Shown: positions 1 to 19,617 of the stretch, piece by piece
Layout of the letters: each line of letters begins with the position of its first letter
How positions within the stretch are numbered: the stretch's first letter is position 1
Notes under the pieces: generated by a model
What the model was told of the DNA's origin: nothing
Database searches by the model: none
The model's input: only the letters and a program-made list of their open reading frames with translations
Program-made: the position numbers and the translations under genes
NCBI RefSeq assembly: GCF_009914755.1
Contig: NC_060940.1
Reading direction: 5' to 3' (one strand)
DNA length: 64,000 bases
Origin: the human T2T-CHM13v2.0 reference genome, Homo sapiens

Positions 1-1700
<1,700 letters not shown>

Positions 1701-2538
1701 TCAAACTTTTTAGATTAAACTTAACTCTTCGGTAGGAAAGGTGAAGGACTGGTAGGAAAAGGAAAACTAGAAAGATATTTGCCGTTTTCTTCCGTTTATA
1801 ATTAACTCCCTATTCTAGACTACCTTCTGTTGTATCTACTTGGACTAATGGGGAAGATGTTTAAGGATTTGCAGGTGCAAAAAGTATCCTAAAAAGATAG
1901 CTTCCCCACTTCCCTTCTCTTTCTTCTCCCCAGTAATTCTCCTTGTACATTTGAAATGGGCTGTATAACATCATCATAGCCTTTGGAAATGACACCTAAA
2001 GGCAGGTCCCCCTCCCCCCATACACTGACACCCACACCTGTTCCCAAATTAGCCAACTGACACTTTAAAGTTGTATTTTCTTTTATTTAAAAAAAAAAAA
2101 AAAAAGGCTGGGCATGGTGGCTCATTCCAGCACTTCGGGAGGCCGAGGTGGACAGATTGCTTGAGCTCAGGAGTTCGAGACCAGCATGGCCAACATGGCA
2201 AGACGCCCATCTCTACTAAAAATTAAAAAAAAAAAAAATAGCCAGACATGGTGGTGTGCGCCTGTGGTCCCCAGCTATTTAGGAGGCTGAGAGAGGAGGA
2301 TTGCTTGAGCTGAGGTGGGGGTTGGGGCTAAGGTTGCAGTGAGCCGAAATCACACCACTGCACTCCACCCTGGGTGACAGAACGAGAACTTGTCTCAAAA
2401 AATAAATAAATAAAATAAGATATAGCACTTGCTTTATATGAAGCAGTTCATAAAACCCATTTTGCCAGCTCAGGACTAATGAAAAACTATTTTTATTACG
2501 TATAATTAACCTAATTTAGGAAAAAGAAGCAGACTTAC

Positions 2539-3050
2539 GGGAAAGGCTAGCACTGAGACAAGGAAGCTCAAAAATTGCTCTCCTGAGATTACTATTACCA
2601 GCCCCAGTATAGCATTTGAAATTGTTATTAGAATTCTTGAACCTAGTTGCTCACATCTAGGGCTGAGTTTGTAAGGGTTAAACAAGTTGTCCGTTAGATT
2701 CAACATGAATATTTCCAGGGTTGCTCTAACTTCAGACATTAGATCAGCTTATTTGATAGGCTGGAGGTGTGTTATTGTACAAAATTTGGAATGGTGGCTC
2801 GACAGGAATAAGAGATTCCATCCCACTGATACTGTCTCTCAGCTTCTCATATCTACTGCCCTTGTTCGGCATTATCAAAACGTAGTATTCCAAAAGCTGT
2901 TTCTGTATAGTTCACCTTTATATTTATAGTATCACTAAAAAAAGATTTCATTTAAATCTCTAAATTTTTTTTTTCAGAAGATTGCTGCCAAGCTTGTCCC
3001 CCTCTTGACTTTTGAGTCTTTGTCTTATTTCACACACTGAGAACAGTTAC
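2539..3050 (-). pseudogene. Decayed exon of unnamed minus-strand gene
   Basis: Donor CCC|GTAAGT (2539/2538), possible acceptor TTAG at 3052-3051. Coding-like peptides such as SNPGNIHVESNGQLV*PLQTQP*M*ATRFKNSNNNFKCYTGAGNSNLRRAIFELPCLSASLS, with scattered stops. Confidence 0.5.
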
Positions 3051-3150
3051 CTAATTGAGTCTTAAGATTATAAAATCCAGTATAAAAACATCTTACAATT
3101 AAAAAATACTCTTTTTAAGTTAAAAAATTATGTTTCAAATTTAGAGCTTA

Positions 3151-3497
3151 TCACGTTTCATGGCCCAAAATAGCACATTGAGTTTTTGGCATCTTCTCGC
3201 CTGCCCATGCCAATGAAAGCCACACCATATGGTATGACTGCTGTTACTTTAGGAAACCCACACACGGCGGAGACATTGCCAGGCATGAAGCTGAGGCGCT
3301 GCTCTCATATGCTTATCTTTGTAAGCCAACATATTGACCAGGATATATTAGGATTCCAGTACATCATGGTCTTCTATCAATTGAGACTTCGAGCTCTTTC
3401 TCCAACAGCTTTAACATTTGGCCACATAATGAAAACACATGTTCTGAACATCACGGACTCTCTTACTCAACTTCAGGAAGAAGCTTTTGAATGACAG
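3151..3497 (-). pseudogene. Decayed exon of unnamed minus-strand gene, ZP-N-like
   Basis: Strong acceptor GCTTTCCTTTCTTGCAG (AG 3499-3498). Frames give CHSK/SFFLKLSKRVRDVQNMCFHYVAKC*...LIEDHDVLES*YILVNMLAYKDKHMRAAPQLHAWQC. Donor is degenerate, so the 3' end is approximate. Confidence 0.5.
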
Positions 3498-4136
3498 CTG
3501 CAAGAAAGGAAAGCACAATCAATAAGTATTTTAGTGCCCCTTAAGTTCTAGCACCCGTCCACCACTGTGCCCTTTCTTTTTATATTATTTTTATTTTAGA
3601 GATCTTGCTCTGTTGCTCAGGCTGGAGTGCAATGGTGTGATCATGGCTCATTGCAGCCTCAACTTTCCCCAGTTCAAGCAGTCTTTTCCTCTCAACCTCC
3701 CAAGTAGCTGGGAATATGGGTGCTCACCACCACGCCTGGCTAACTTTTTTTTTCTTTTTTTTTTCTTTTTGGCACAGATGGGATTTTGCTATGTTGCCCA
3801 GGCTGGTCTTGAACACCTGGGCTTGAGTGATCCCCCTGCCTTAGCCTCCTACAGTGGTGGGATTACAGGCGTGAGCCACCACGCTCAGCCCCTTTTCCTG
3901 TTGTTTATTTTCCATTTTATAGTACAGTCATTTAGTTCATTGTGGGCTTCATCCAAACTTTTCTCAAGGTTATAAAATTACTATTAAGGCTTTTTAATAT
4001 AAAATTAGCAAATTCTCCTGAAAATAAAAGGTGTACAGATTTTGTTCACCAGCTTTGTCTAGTCATACTTGGAGCAAATATTGAACGTGCTATGCTAGCT
4101 GTGCTAGGCACTATGTATAAAAAGATGGAGAAGACT

Positions 4137-4419
4137 GGCCAGGCGCGGCGGCTCACGCCTGTAATCTCGGCACCTTGGGAAGCCGAGGGGGGCGGATCAC
4201 GAGGTCAGGAGATCAAGACCATCCTGGCTAACACAGTGAAACCTCGTCTCTACTAAAAATACAAGAAGTTAGCTGGGCGTGGTGGCGGGCGCCTGTAGTC
4301 CTCAGGAGGCTGAGGCAGGAGAATGGCGTGAACCCAGGAGGCGGAGCTTACAGTGAGCTGAGATTGCATCACTGCACTTCAGCCTGGGCAACAGAGCAAG
4401 ACTCCATATCAAAAAAAAA
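4137..4419 (+). mobile_element. AluY-like element with TSD
   Basis: Alu body flanked by AAAAAGATGGAGAAGAC on both sides. Confidence 0.9.
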
Positions 4420-4534
4420 GATGGAGAAGACAAAATTCCACCTGCAAGGAACATGTAAACAGGTTATAATACAGTACACTACTTTATTAGACAGATAGAA
4501 AGCATACTATGGTCATATCTTGAAGTGACTCATA

Positions 4535-6029
<1,495 letters not shown>

Positions 6030-6873
6030 CTAATTTTTATGGGAGAAAGGTTGAAAAAAATGTATTTTTTCTCTCTTCATCATAGCTCAAATTCAAAGCA
6101 CTTTCATTCAAAGCATTTTCATGCAATTAATGATTGGCTTCTTCCAAAACATAGCACAAATTAACTGGTAGAACAGGAATTAGAATGAACAATTCCATAG
6201 TCTTACCCTGTGAGTTGTTTCCTCACTATTCCAAAAGAATGCTAAATGTGAAAAAAATATACTTTGTCATAAATAGAAACTGAGCCTTAAGCCAATACAC
6301 AGATGCAAGACACTTTTGTTGTGTCTGATCTATTTTGGAGGCAATTACTTATGTAAGCTAGATCTGCTTAATCTTAAATTCTAAAGCGAAATGTGATTAG
6401 TCATCTTTGGAAAAAGGATCTACTCTTCATTTTTTCTGTTTTTGTTTTTCTGAGCTTTAAGGACAGGATGTATAATTGTATTAAATAAGTTATTGGTAAA
6501 GTAAGGAAAAGATCGATGAGGTGATTTACATTTATAGAAATTGTTTTTGTTTAATTGAGGCACTACCTCTACATCCCCCTTGGAGGCAAGGGAACACAAC
6601 AAAACCAGAAAAGTTTAGGAATTTGTTATGGCCCCAAAATGATATAATAAAAGACTGTCTTAAACCAGCGAAGTCAACTTCCTATTCTTATGCACCATTT
6701 CGTTGTTCTGGAAGCGGGGGCAGTTCTAGCAACCAGTTGAGTAAATTATTTTGCTAGGTCTAGTGTTGTGATCCTTTGCTCAGTGATAAGCCTTTGGGGA
6801 AGGAAGGCTTCTCTCACTTTTCAAACTTCATTAAAATGGTGGGTCCAAATTATCACATGTTACTCACTTCTAG

Positions 6874-7110
<237 letters not shown>

Positions 7111-7701
7111 TGAGGTGATCCGCCTGCCTTGGCCTCCCAAAGTGCTGGGGTTACAGGTGTGAGCCACCACGCCCGGCCTAGTCAGGGATCCTTCTAATCA
7201 TAAATTCTTATCTTTGTTTATGGCCTACACTAAAGTTTCAGAAGTCTTAAGTCAAAGCCTTGTATTTTATTTAATTAATTAATTTGTTAAGACAGAGTCT
7301 TACTTTGTGACCCAGGCTGCAGTGCTGTGGTGCGATCTCTGCTTACTGCAATCTCTATCTCCTGGGCTCAAGCGATCCTTCCACCTCAGCACCCCCCCGC
7401 CCAAGGAGCTGGGACTACAGGCACATGCCACCACACCTGGCTAACTTTTGTATTTTTTGTAGAGACAGGGTTTCACCATGTTGCTCAGGATGGTCTGGAA
7501 TTCCTGGGCTCAAGCAGTCTGCCCACCTCAGCCTCCCAGAGTGCTGAGATTACAGGCGTGAGCTACAAAGCCTTGTGTTTTAGACATTAGATTTCCCAGT
7601 ACTCTTCTGAAGAACAGTAATTATGATTATGAAAATTTCAAAGATACTATGGTAAGATCTGATCGTCTTTGAAAGAATTACAGTAATGTAGCTCAGGACT
7701 T

Positions 7702-8020
<319 letters not shown>

Positions 8021-8515
8021 AGGACTTCCTTTTATACTGCTTTGTACTACCTGTTCACAGGTGACTGTCAGGTGACTTCAGTAACAAACTCAGACAAATG
8101 CATGACATTTAAACTGAGTTATTGAAGTCATTGATATTGCTTTATTAAAGTTGACCGGTTGGTAACAAACATTTACTTTTACAAAATTAATCAACATGAG
8201 TTTGATGTGATGAGAGAATTATATTGACTGGAAGTGGTAGGCATGAAGCATTTCCTAAGTAAAACTTAGAAAAGAGACCTTAGTTAACCAATACCGTCTT
8301 GGTTTGTTTGCATGTTAAAAGATGTCTGCATCTGAGCAGTTGAACTTAAATATAAAGTTGAGCTTAGATACAAAGGTTCTTTAGAACTTTAAAAGACATG
8401 GGTGAACAAAACCCAAACTAATCCTCTGATGTTTACTTAGAAACAAAAACCTAAACGAAATTCAAAATAGATATCTGAATCTAGATTTGTGTATAAACAT
8501 TAGATTGAAAGACTA

Positions 8516-8876
<361 letters not shown>

Positions 8877-9280
8877 ACTTGGTGGAGTGATTTAAATCCT
8901 GTTTTTCCATTAGGATTAGATCTTTCCACCAGAATTTCCTGAATTTATTCCTTTTTTCTAGTTTATCCTAATGTGAATGAACTAATTTAAACTGAAGTTG
9001 CCTTCCTGTAGCCAAGAATCTACATATCTGCAAACTTATTCCTGAAGTTGAGGCTTTAATAGAACACTTCTTTTGTATTTTTTTCTTATTTTTGAGATTG
9101 ATTTATTTTGGGATTGGGGCAATGCAGAATTAACACTCTTCTAGAAGTATGCAATAATTATTATTACAATTATAGATTATATTTATTACATACTTACTAC
9201 TAGCATTGTGCTAGGTGCTTTAAGTATTTTGCTCCACTTAGGCTTACAAATGTTAAATAATGGCCGGGCGCTGTGGCTCA

Positions 9281-9697
<417 letters not shown>

Positions 9698-9942
9698 TCA
9701 AAACAACAAAACAAAACAAAACAAATACGTGTTAAATAATTTTTCCAAGATCTTGCAGCTAGTACCTGGAAGAGCCCAAATTTGTTCCCAGATCTCTTTC
9801 CAAAATTTATGCTGCATAGCCAAACCTATAGATTGTGTAGTAATGAATGCTTAGAAATACTTAGGAGTCGTCTTTGTTTTTCCATTAATGGAGATGAACA
9901 TTCCTTATTAGGGAGGTAATACATTTTCAACCATTGACATAC

Positions 9943-11801
<1,859 letters not shown>

Positions 11802-13039
11802 CTAAAACTCCCATGTAAAAGTTAGCTATACTATTCAAACCAGATCATCAGATGGTTAATGTGCTTTTCTTAGAGTAGAACTGTCAGTCTAGGACTCTAA
11901 GAGGGCAGATTGCTACCTGCTGTGTCCCAGAGGATGTAAATATATATTTCCTCCCTGCCACCACCCCTTTGAAATAGACAGTGGAAGGGGGAAAAATAGG
12001 AAAATATGAACTGGGAAAGTGTATCATTAAACTCCCCTGCTTTCCCAGTCATGAAGATGTATTCTAAATATTTTCTGAGGTGTCTATGTATATCCTAAAC
12101 TGGAATGACCTTTTTTTTTCTTTTTTTACACATGGTATAAAAATTTTAAAGTGCAAAGAGTATGTAGTAAAAATAAGCCTTTTTAGGTATCCTTTCAGAA
12201 ATAATCTATACACATACAATAAAACATGTGTGTCATGTATTTTGAATTCTTATTCTTTGCCTGTATGAAGCATGGCCTCTTGGAGAGCAGGAACGTTTTT
12301 GTTGTTTAAAATGGTTAGATTTTACACAGAGGATGAAAGGCCAGTAGTCACATATATTTGCAAAGCCTTCTATAATATTTGAAGGCCTTCTACATAACTT
12401 TTCTCCTGATGCTTATAACAGCCCCATGAGGTAGGTAAAGCAGGATTTACCTCTTTTATCTACACAAAATTTGAAGCTTAAAGAATGTTATGCGATAAAT
12501 GTGCAGTGGAACTGGAATCAAAACCCAAGTCTTTGGCTGTTATTCCAGAATTCTTGTTTCCATTTTGCCTCTCAAACATGATAGCTTGAGGGGATCCGTT
12601 ATCTTGTATCTTCTTTTATGAGATGTGAAAAATACCATGAGTAGCTAATTTTAGACTTTTTTTTTTTTTTTTTTTTTTTTTGAGACAGAGCCTTGCTCTG
12701 CCACCTAGCCTGGAGTGTGGTGGTGTGATCTTGGCTCACTGCAACTCCGCCTCCCAGGTTCAAGTGATTCTTCTGCCTCAGCCTCCCGAGTAGCTGGGAC
12801 TACAGGCACGCACCACCACGCCTGGCTAATCTTTGTATTTTTAGTAGAGACAGGGTTTCACCATATTGGCCAGGCTGGTCTCGAACACCTGACCTTGTGA
12901 TCTGCCCGCCTCAGCCTCCCAAAGTGCAGGGATTACAGATGTGAGCCACCACACCCGGCAGAAGAATTTTTATACTGTATTTCGGTAGCAGTAGTGTGGT
13001 AGTTACAACCTCACAGTTCAGAAATATGACCTTTTTGAT

Positions 13040-13290
13040 GTATTTCCTACAAAGCAGTTTATAAACATTAGTGCCACTTTCATTACATGTGGACACCATA
13101 ACTGACTTTATTCAGGCAGCCGAGCAGTGAAAACAAGGCCTTTTATCTCTTGATAGCTGTGTGCCTGCCATGGCTAGGAGCCAAAGGGATAAACCTGTCC
13201 AAGGTTCTTTCCCTCGATGCCAAAGTGGAATCTGAACAAGCATTTGATAGAGTGCCTGACTCTGTTTCCTTCCCCCATAATTTAGGTAAA
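13040..13290 (+). mobile_element. Ancient LINE reverse-transcriptase fragment (L1/Tx1-like)
   Basis: LVPLSLHVDTITDFIQ and SLDAKVESEQAFDRV resemble the non-LTR RT motifs LPxLIHxDQTGFI and SLDAEKAFDRV. Confidence 0.4.
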
Positions 13291-13852
13291 AATGGTTAAC
13301 ACCAGCACCAAACTGTATTCTAGATTTCTAAGTCATCTCCTAGGGAGAAAAAATGAGTGGTGGGAGGAAAAAATTTTCAGATAGTAGACTGTCATGGGGA
13401 TGATTTTTAGTCCCAGCAGACTTAAAAACTCTTGTCATTGCAAGACAATCCTTACGTTTCTTAAATGTTAGGCAGTCCCAGATGGGAATTTGATGAAAAG
13501 ATTGGTTGAGCTCTGTATATGAAAAGAAATATCTCTAAATGTTCCCCTGAAGGGATGGCCTATCTCCTATAGTTTATGAGCACCTTGTTTCTAATTCCTG
13601 TTAGTAAAATAAATGGGAAATATAAGGAAAGAATTTACATTTTTTTATACACGGTAGAAAAAAATTACATGTTTTTGTAATTTACATTTTATAAAATTTA
13701 CAGTTTATACTTACAAAATTTACATTTAATACTTTATAAAATTTATGTATTTAATTTTATATTCATGGATTAATAAATATTATAATCCAATGTAAAAGTC
13801 ATTACATTTGCCATAATGTAATGATTCAGTTTTTCTTCAGTAACTAAATTGC

Positions 13853-13943
13853 TATATATATATATATATAAAAAATATATATATAAAAAATATATATATA
13901 AAATATATATATATAAAATATATATATATAAAATATATATATA
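13853..13943. repeat. Compound (TA)n/A-run microsatellite
   Basis: TATATATATAAAAA-type units repeated ~6 times. Confidence 0.95.
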
Positions 13944-13972
13944 TTTGTATTTGTTTATTTTTTCACTCACAG

Positions 13973-14066
13973 GTCAACCATGAACTATATTCTTATTTGT
14001 TATTTTTTATTTCCTGCTTTGGGCATAGAAGATGAGAAATTATACTAATTTGAGTGTTTCCACTTG
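13973..14066 (+). pseudogene. Fossil exon of unnamed plus-strand gene (start codon and signal-peptide-like segment)
   Basis: Acceptor TTTTTCACTCACAG, ACC-ATG at 13980, MNYILICYFLFPALGIEDEKLY*FECFHL, phase-0 donor TTG|GTCAGT. Confidence 0.5.
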
Positions 14067-14285
14067 GTCAGTTTAACTAGTGTTAGAGTTTTCTTAAAAC
14101 TAAGATATAATTTGACTTCTCAAAGTAAAGTTTGGGGCAGAGCATCTTCTCTAGAGAGATGGATCTTTCTGTCAGGGAGTCAGGAGTTACTCAGTCTTTT
14201 TTGGGAGATGGAGGGAGGTCAACCATTAGGTCCAAAGCAGTGGTTTTGAGTAATTAGCGATTGCTGTGTGTTTTCATATTTTCAG

Positions 14286-14367
14286 AATAGGGATATAACC
14301 TCACTGAAGATGACATAATTAGTACTTGACAAAGCTAAAAGTCCTGTCAGTATATTTATACCTATGC
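14286..14367 (+). pseudogene. Fossil exon of unnamed plus-strand gene
   Basis: Acceptor TTTTCATATTTTCAG, donor ATGC|GTAAGT. 82 nt, phase 0 to 1: NRDITSLKMT*LVLDKAKSPVSIFIPM. Confidence 0.5.
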
Positions 14368-14712
14368 GTAAGTATGCTCTCTGAGTCATTCTGCTAATTC
14401 CCACTGTAAAATACGTATACCCTTTTATTTTATTAGAATTAAAGGGCTTTGAGGAGATTTTTCATTTTAAAGGTACAAGACAAGTTTTAACGTCAACATA
14501 GCCCACTCACTGTTCTATATTTATGTGAGACCTTTTAAGAACCAGGGATAAATGGGCTCTAATTTGTCTGTGAGGGTCTTGCCCCGTCTATCTTTAAAAC
14601 TTAACGTGTTCCTATAGGAGTAACTATATAATATTTGACAACTGTTATCCCACCGTCCACTTGGGAAGCACACAAGTAATAAAAGTAAATCAAATTATGA
14701 CACTGTGTTTAG

Positions 14713-14816
14713 CATGACATCTTAATTTGAACTATGAGAAACCATTATTGGACCAATGTTGGATTTTTACTAAAGACTTGTAGTTGTCCTAGCACGTATT
14801 AGGAGATGCCAAATGA
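14713..14816 (+). pseudogene. Fossil exon of unnamed plus-strand gene
   Basis: Acceptor CTGTGTTTAG. Phase-1 continuation P*HLNLNYEKPLLDQCWIFTKDL*LS*HVLGDAK. Donor degenerate (possibly ATAAGC for GTAAGC). Confidence 0.42.
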
Positions 14817-15224
14817 ATAAGCCTAGGAGTGATTGTCATGGGGTCCCTCACTTTCTCAGCCATCGGCACAGAATGTGCCTTTTCAATGCCACCCACAGCC
14901 TAGTGCTCCACCTTTCACAGCCTACCTCTCATCTGCCTCAACCTGCACACAGCATCCTTAACCAAACCACAACCGCCTATAAGACTTAATTCAAATGTAC
15001 CCTCCATGAAACTTTCTCTGACTGACTTTATTGCCATACTCATCTCATAGGGTTAGTGGTGCTTTTTTCCTTCTTTAAAATATCAAGTCCTCCTTTCCCC
15101 CTAAAAACTCCACATTCAGCCTTGTATGATGATTAGATATGCACTTGAGAGCCAGCTTCTGTATCTCATGTCTTTTTAAGAAAAAAAAAAAAAAAAAAAA
15201 AATCTCAAAATCTCCCGTTGGACC

Positions 15225-16124
15225 TGTACAGTAACTCCTTTTTGAAAAGGTAGTTGAATGTTAAAGACTTAAAAAAGCAGCTACAACTCTTTAGTGAATC
15301 AGAACATTGTTGGAAGGCGTAAAGCCTGTGCTGATCACTGTCCTTTTGGAAAAACAATACTCAACCACTATCCCTGGGTACAAATAAGAAAAATAAATTC
15401 TGATAGAGCCAGAATAAGGCACTAAGAGGAAAGCAGTTCTAAACCTGAGGATTGAGATTGCATTTAGACTTGCTCAGGAGAGTTTCCCGGGGGTAAAAGA
15501 TTGGGTTTATTTTGTTAGAGACCAGCTACATTATCTTCATTGTCACTGGGGCTTTGGACAAGGTTAATAAATGAAGTGTTCGTGTGATGGGAAGTTACTG
15601 GGTTCTTAATGAATAAACTCCCAGAAGACTTGACTTAATACTGCAGCAGAGTGTCTCCAATTGAAAGGAGACATTAGGTTATCGCGTGACTTCAAATTTT
15701 TCTAAGGCTGTAAAAGCACTGATACTGTTGGCATCTTTTGTTTGTTTTCTCCTGAGGGATTCAAAAACAAAGTCGGTTGTCACTTAATTTAGTACCAGGT
15801 ATCTTAGAAAAAGGACCCTATTCCTTTATGTGATCTGATGTAGTTCAGCTTCAGTGGAAACTGTAGAATGTTCCATATTTTAGACAACATCCAACTCCCA
15901 AGCATTTCTGTTTCAGAAACTGGGACACCTTCCAAGATAGCTTTATGAATCCTTTAATTTCTCCTGCCAGACTCATTAACTCAGCCTATTCACCTTGGGG
16001 AAATCATAGTTCCAAGACTTTCTGTAAAAACCTTCCTCCTAAGTGAATGCGGTAGTTGATTTGAGAACATTCAGACTCAAGCTTTTCAGTAGTTTATTCT
16101 GAAACCTGTTTGTTGTGACTTTGA
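15225..16124 (-). pseudogene. Decayed large exon of unnamed minus-strand gene
   Basis: Strong acceptor CCTTAATCTCTCCTAG (16126-16125). Peptides QSHNKQVSE*TTEKLESECSQ, RIHKAILEGVPVSETEMLG, NMEHSTVSTEAELHQIT and NPVTSHHTNTSFINLVQSPSDNEDNVAGL*QNKPNLLPPGNSPEQV*MQSQSSGLELLSS. 3' boundary approximate. Confidence 0.55.
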
Positions 16125-16587
16125 CTAGGAGAGATTAAGGTGAAACAGTAGTAACCATCATAATATACAAATTATCTACATTAAAAAAACTTGAAATTCA
16201 GTAAGTACATTTTTAAATTCCACATCTCAGATTTTATGGACTCATAAAGCTGGAAAGAACCGCAACCAATGTTTGACCAGTATTTCTTAATTTTTTCTTG
16301 TCTCGTGGATCTTTTTGAGATGGTGATAGCTGTTGTGGATATTCTTCTCAGAAAAATATACATACACACAAATGCTTGCATTCAATTTCAAGACATCTCA
16401 GACTCCCAAAGCCTGTTCATGGATTCCCACTCTAGTTCAAAGCCTGTTGTTAGGGGTTTAGAGAAGTTAAGTGATGTACCTAAAGTCACACACTTCTATT
16501 GCTAACTACTATAGAAAAGTGGCAGGGTTCTTTTTTGTTTTCTGTTTTTTGTGAGGTTTTTTGTTTTGTTTTGTTTTGTTTTTTAAC

Positions 16588-17170
16588 CATTTCCTGATAC
16601 ACTCATCATGTTCTTTATTGAAGTCAAGCAGGTGTCTCCAAGTACTTGGTGCTTTTCCCTTTACTGCCTTTGCTGTATCATTTATACAGCATTACCCAAG
16701 TTCCTTCTCTGTTTTAGTCACTGATGCATTGGGATGGGGATGTGCTAAATCTCTTCATTTTCTCATTCTTCCATTTATAATAGTTTACTTATTGATACTA
16801 ATATATGCAATGTCAGGAATCACTTCTCTCATATTTGGTCATTAAATTAGCAGCTATTTATTATACTTTTCATGACTTTTTTTCTTACAGTTTTCCATAG
16901 TAAGAGGACAGTTTTATTTCCAATGAGTAAACACTTGATGTAAGAGATCCTTCTTTTTGAAGCCCAGACTTCTATCTCCAGAATAAGGAGTAGCTGATAA
17001 TGTGACATAGCTCAGCTTCTAATTTGATGCCTCCACAGGCTAGGAGCCAGCACTTTGCCCCTGGTTTGAAGAATGCAGGTAGAGGTAGGAATCTTAATGA
17101 TGATAAGAAGTTTTTTTCCTCTATCTTGGTCATGTTCTTCCTATCATTTGAAAAATCAGTAACCATTCCC
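16588..17170 (-). pseudogene. Decayed exon of unnamed minus-strand gene
   Basis: ORF 16972-17166 followed by KSGLQKEGSLTSSVYSLEIKLSSYYGKL, and DLAHPHPNASVTKTEKELG*CCINDTAKAVKGKAPSTWRHLLDFNKEHDECIRK. Boundaries approximate. Confidence 0.45.
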
Positions 17171-17559
17171 CCAGTAGATACATACTCATAAAATATTAGT
17201 TACACCCATGTTATATGCATTATAAAAATACGTTAAAACATAAATTAAAGGATAAGCTTTTTTAAAAACAGAAGCTCTGTTATTTTCTTCCTGACCCCCA
17301 AGGGATCATGTAACTTCTTCCTTGAGGAATCACTCCACTCCTTTTTGGAGACCACTCTTCTAATTCTTTAGGCCTATCTCAAGTCCCTCCTCTTGCTTGT
17401 TTGATTTCGCTATTTTAACTGTATAACTGTATTGTAAACAACTTGAGATTAGAGACCAGATAGAATGTTGTCTTTGTATCCTGCAACAATGCCTAGCACA
17501 ATTTTGAGTTCATCATCATTATTCAATATATACTTGTTGGCTAATTTCTTGGGATCATC

Positions 17560-18604
17560 TCAGAGCATTATTTCACTAATTATTACCAAAGAGGAAGAAA
17601 AAAAATCCTCAATTTTATCTTATTTTAGTAATTCTGGGTGTTATTCCTCATGCTATTCATCTTCTAGGATTAGAGACAAGTGAGCCTGTCTGCACTTAAA
17701 GTTTTGTGGAAATAGATGTACTATATCTGATGAAGTGGTTTAATTGGGACATAATGAGAATGGTGCAGTGTGAGAACCAAACCCGAATCAGCACCCGCAT
17801 CTGTTTTCGTTCCTTGAGATTTCTGTTCATTGGTTCTTTATCACATGACTGAGTGCTGAAGCATAGTGTTTTCTTTTTATTTATTTATTATTTTTATTTA
17901 CTATCTCGAGTTCATTTATTCTGACATTATTGATGCACCCACCATTCCCAGGGTAGTATAAAATACTCCTTTGTATTTTATATTTCGTACTCTCTCTTCT
18001 CTTCCTCTAAATCACCACTGTGTTCTTGGATTCTAAACACCCTTCTAAATTTCTGAAATTAGTTGTCACAATTATGCTTAACAATTCTTCATAGCGATTT
18101 GGTTCCACGAATCTCAAAGACCTAACATCATAACCTTGTTTTTACGGCATTCCTATTCTGTCATCTTTTCTTTCTGCGTAGAGAAACTAAACCTAGGAAA
18201 AAGCTGGGCATACTGGCTCATGCCTGCAGTCCCAGCACTTTGGGCAGGTGAGGCAGGAAGATCACTTGAGACCAGAAGTTGAGATCAGCCTAGGCAACAT
18301 AGCGAGACCCAGTCTGTACAATAAAATTTTAAAAAATTAACCAGCTATCATGGCACATACCTTTAGTCTCAGCTACTAGGGAGGCTGAGGCAGGAGGATC
18401 AGTTAAGCTCAAGAGGTGGATGCTGTATTGAGCCATAATGGTGCCACTGCCCTTCAGCCTGGCAACAGAACAAGACTCTATCTCAAAACTAAATGAATGA
18501 ATGAATGCAAAAATAAGACCCATTTATAGTCAGTTGCAAATCAAGATAGCAAAAGAGATGAAAAGCAAGCACTGGTGTCCAGATTTGCACTTTTGTGTCT
18601 CCAT
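17560..18604 (-). pseudogene. Putative N-terminal coding region of unnamed minus-strand gene (split by an Alu at ~18202-18512)
   Basis: TCCATGG start at 18604 gives METQKCKSGHQCLLFISFAILICN*L*MGLIF. Beyond the Alu: LGLVSLRRKKR*QNRNAVK and KQGYDVRSLRFVEPNRYEELLSIIVTTNFRNLEGCLESKNT. Confidence 0.4.
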
Positions 18605-18739
18605 GGATTATGTCATTTCTTCATGAAAGGTACAGTAGTGCTCTGTGCTTTCCAATATAATTCACTAATTTTAGATCATAGCTGTTACAGGTTCTAATTT
18701 AAAGGCTTTGATATTTTTATTTTATTTGTTTGATAGATA

Positions 18740-19617
<878 letters not shown>

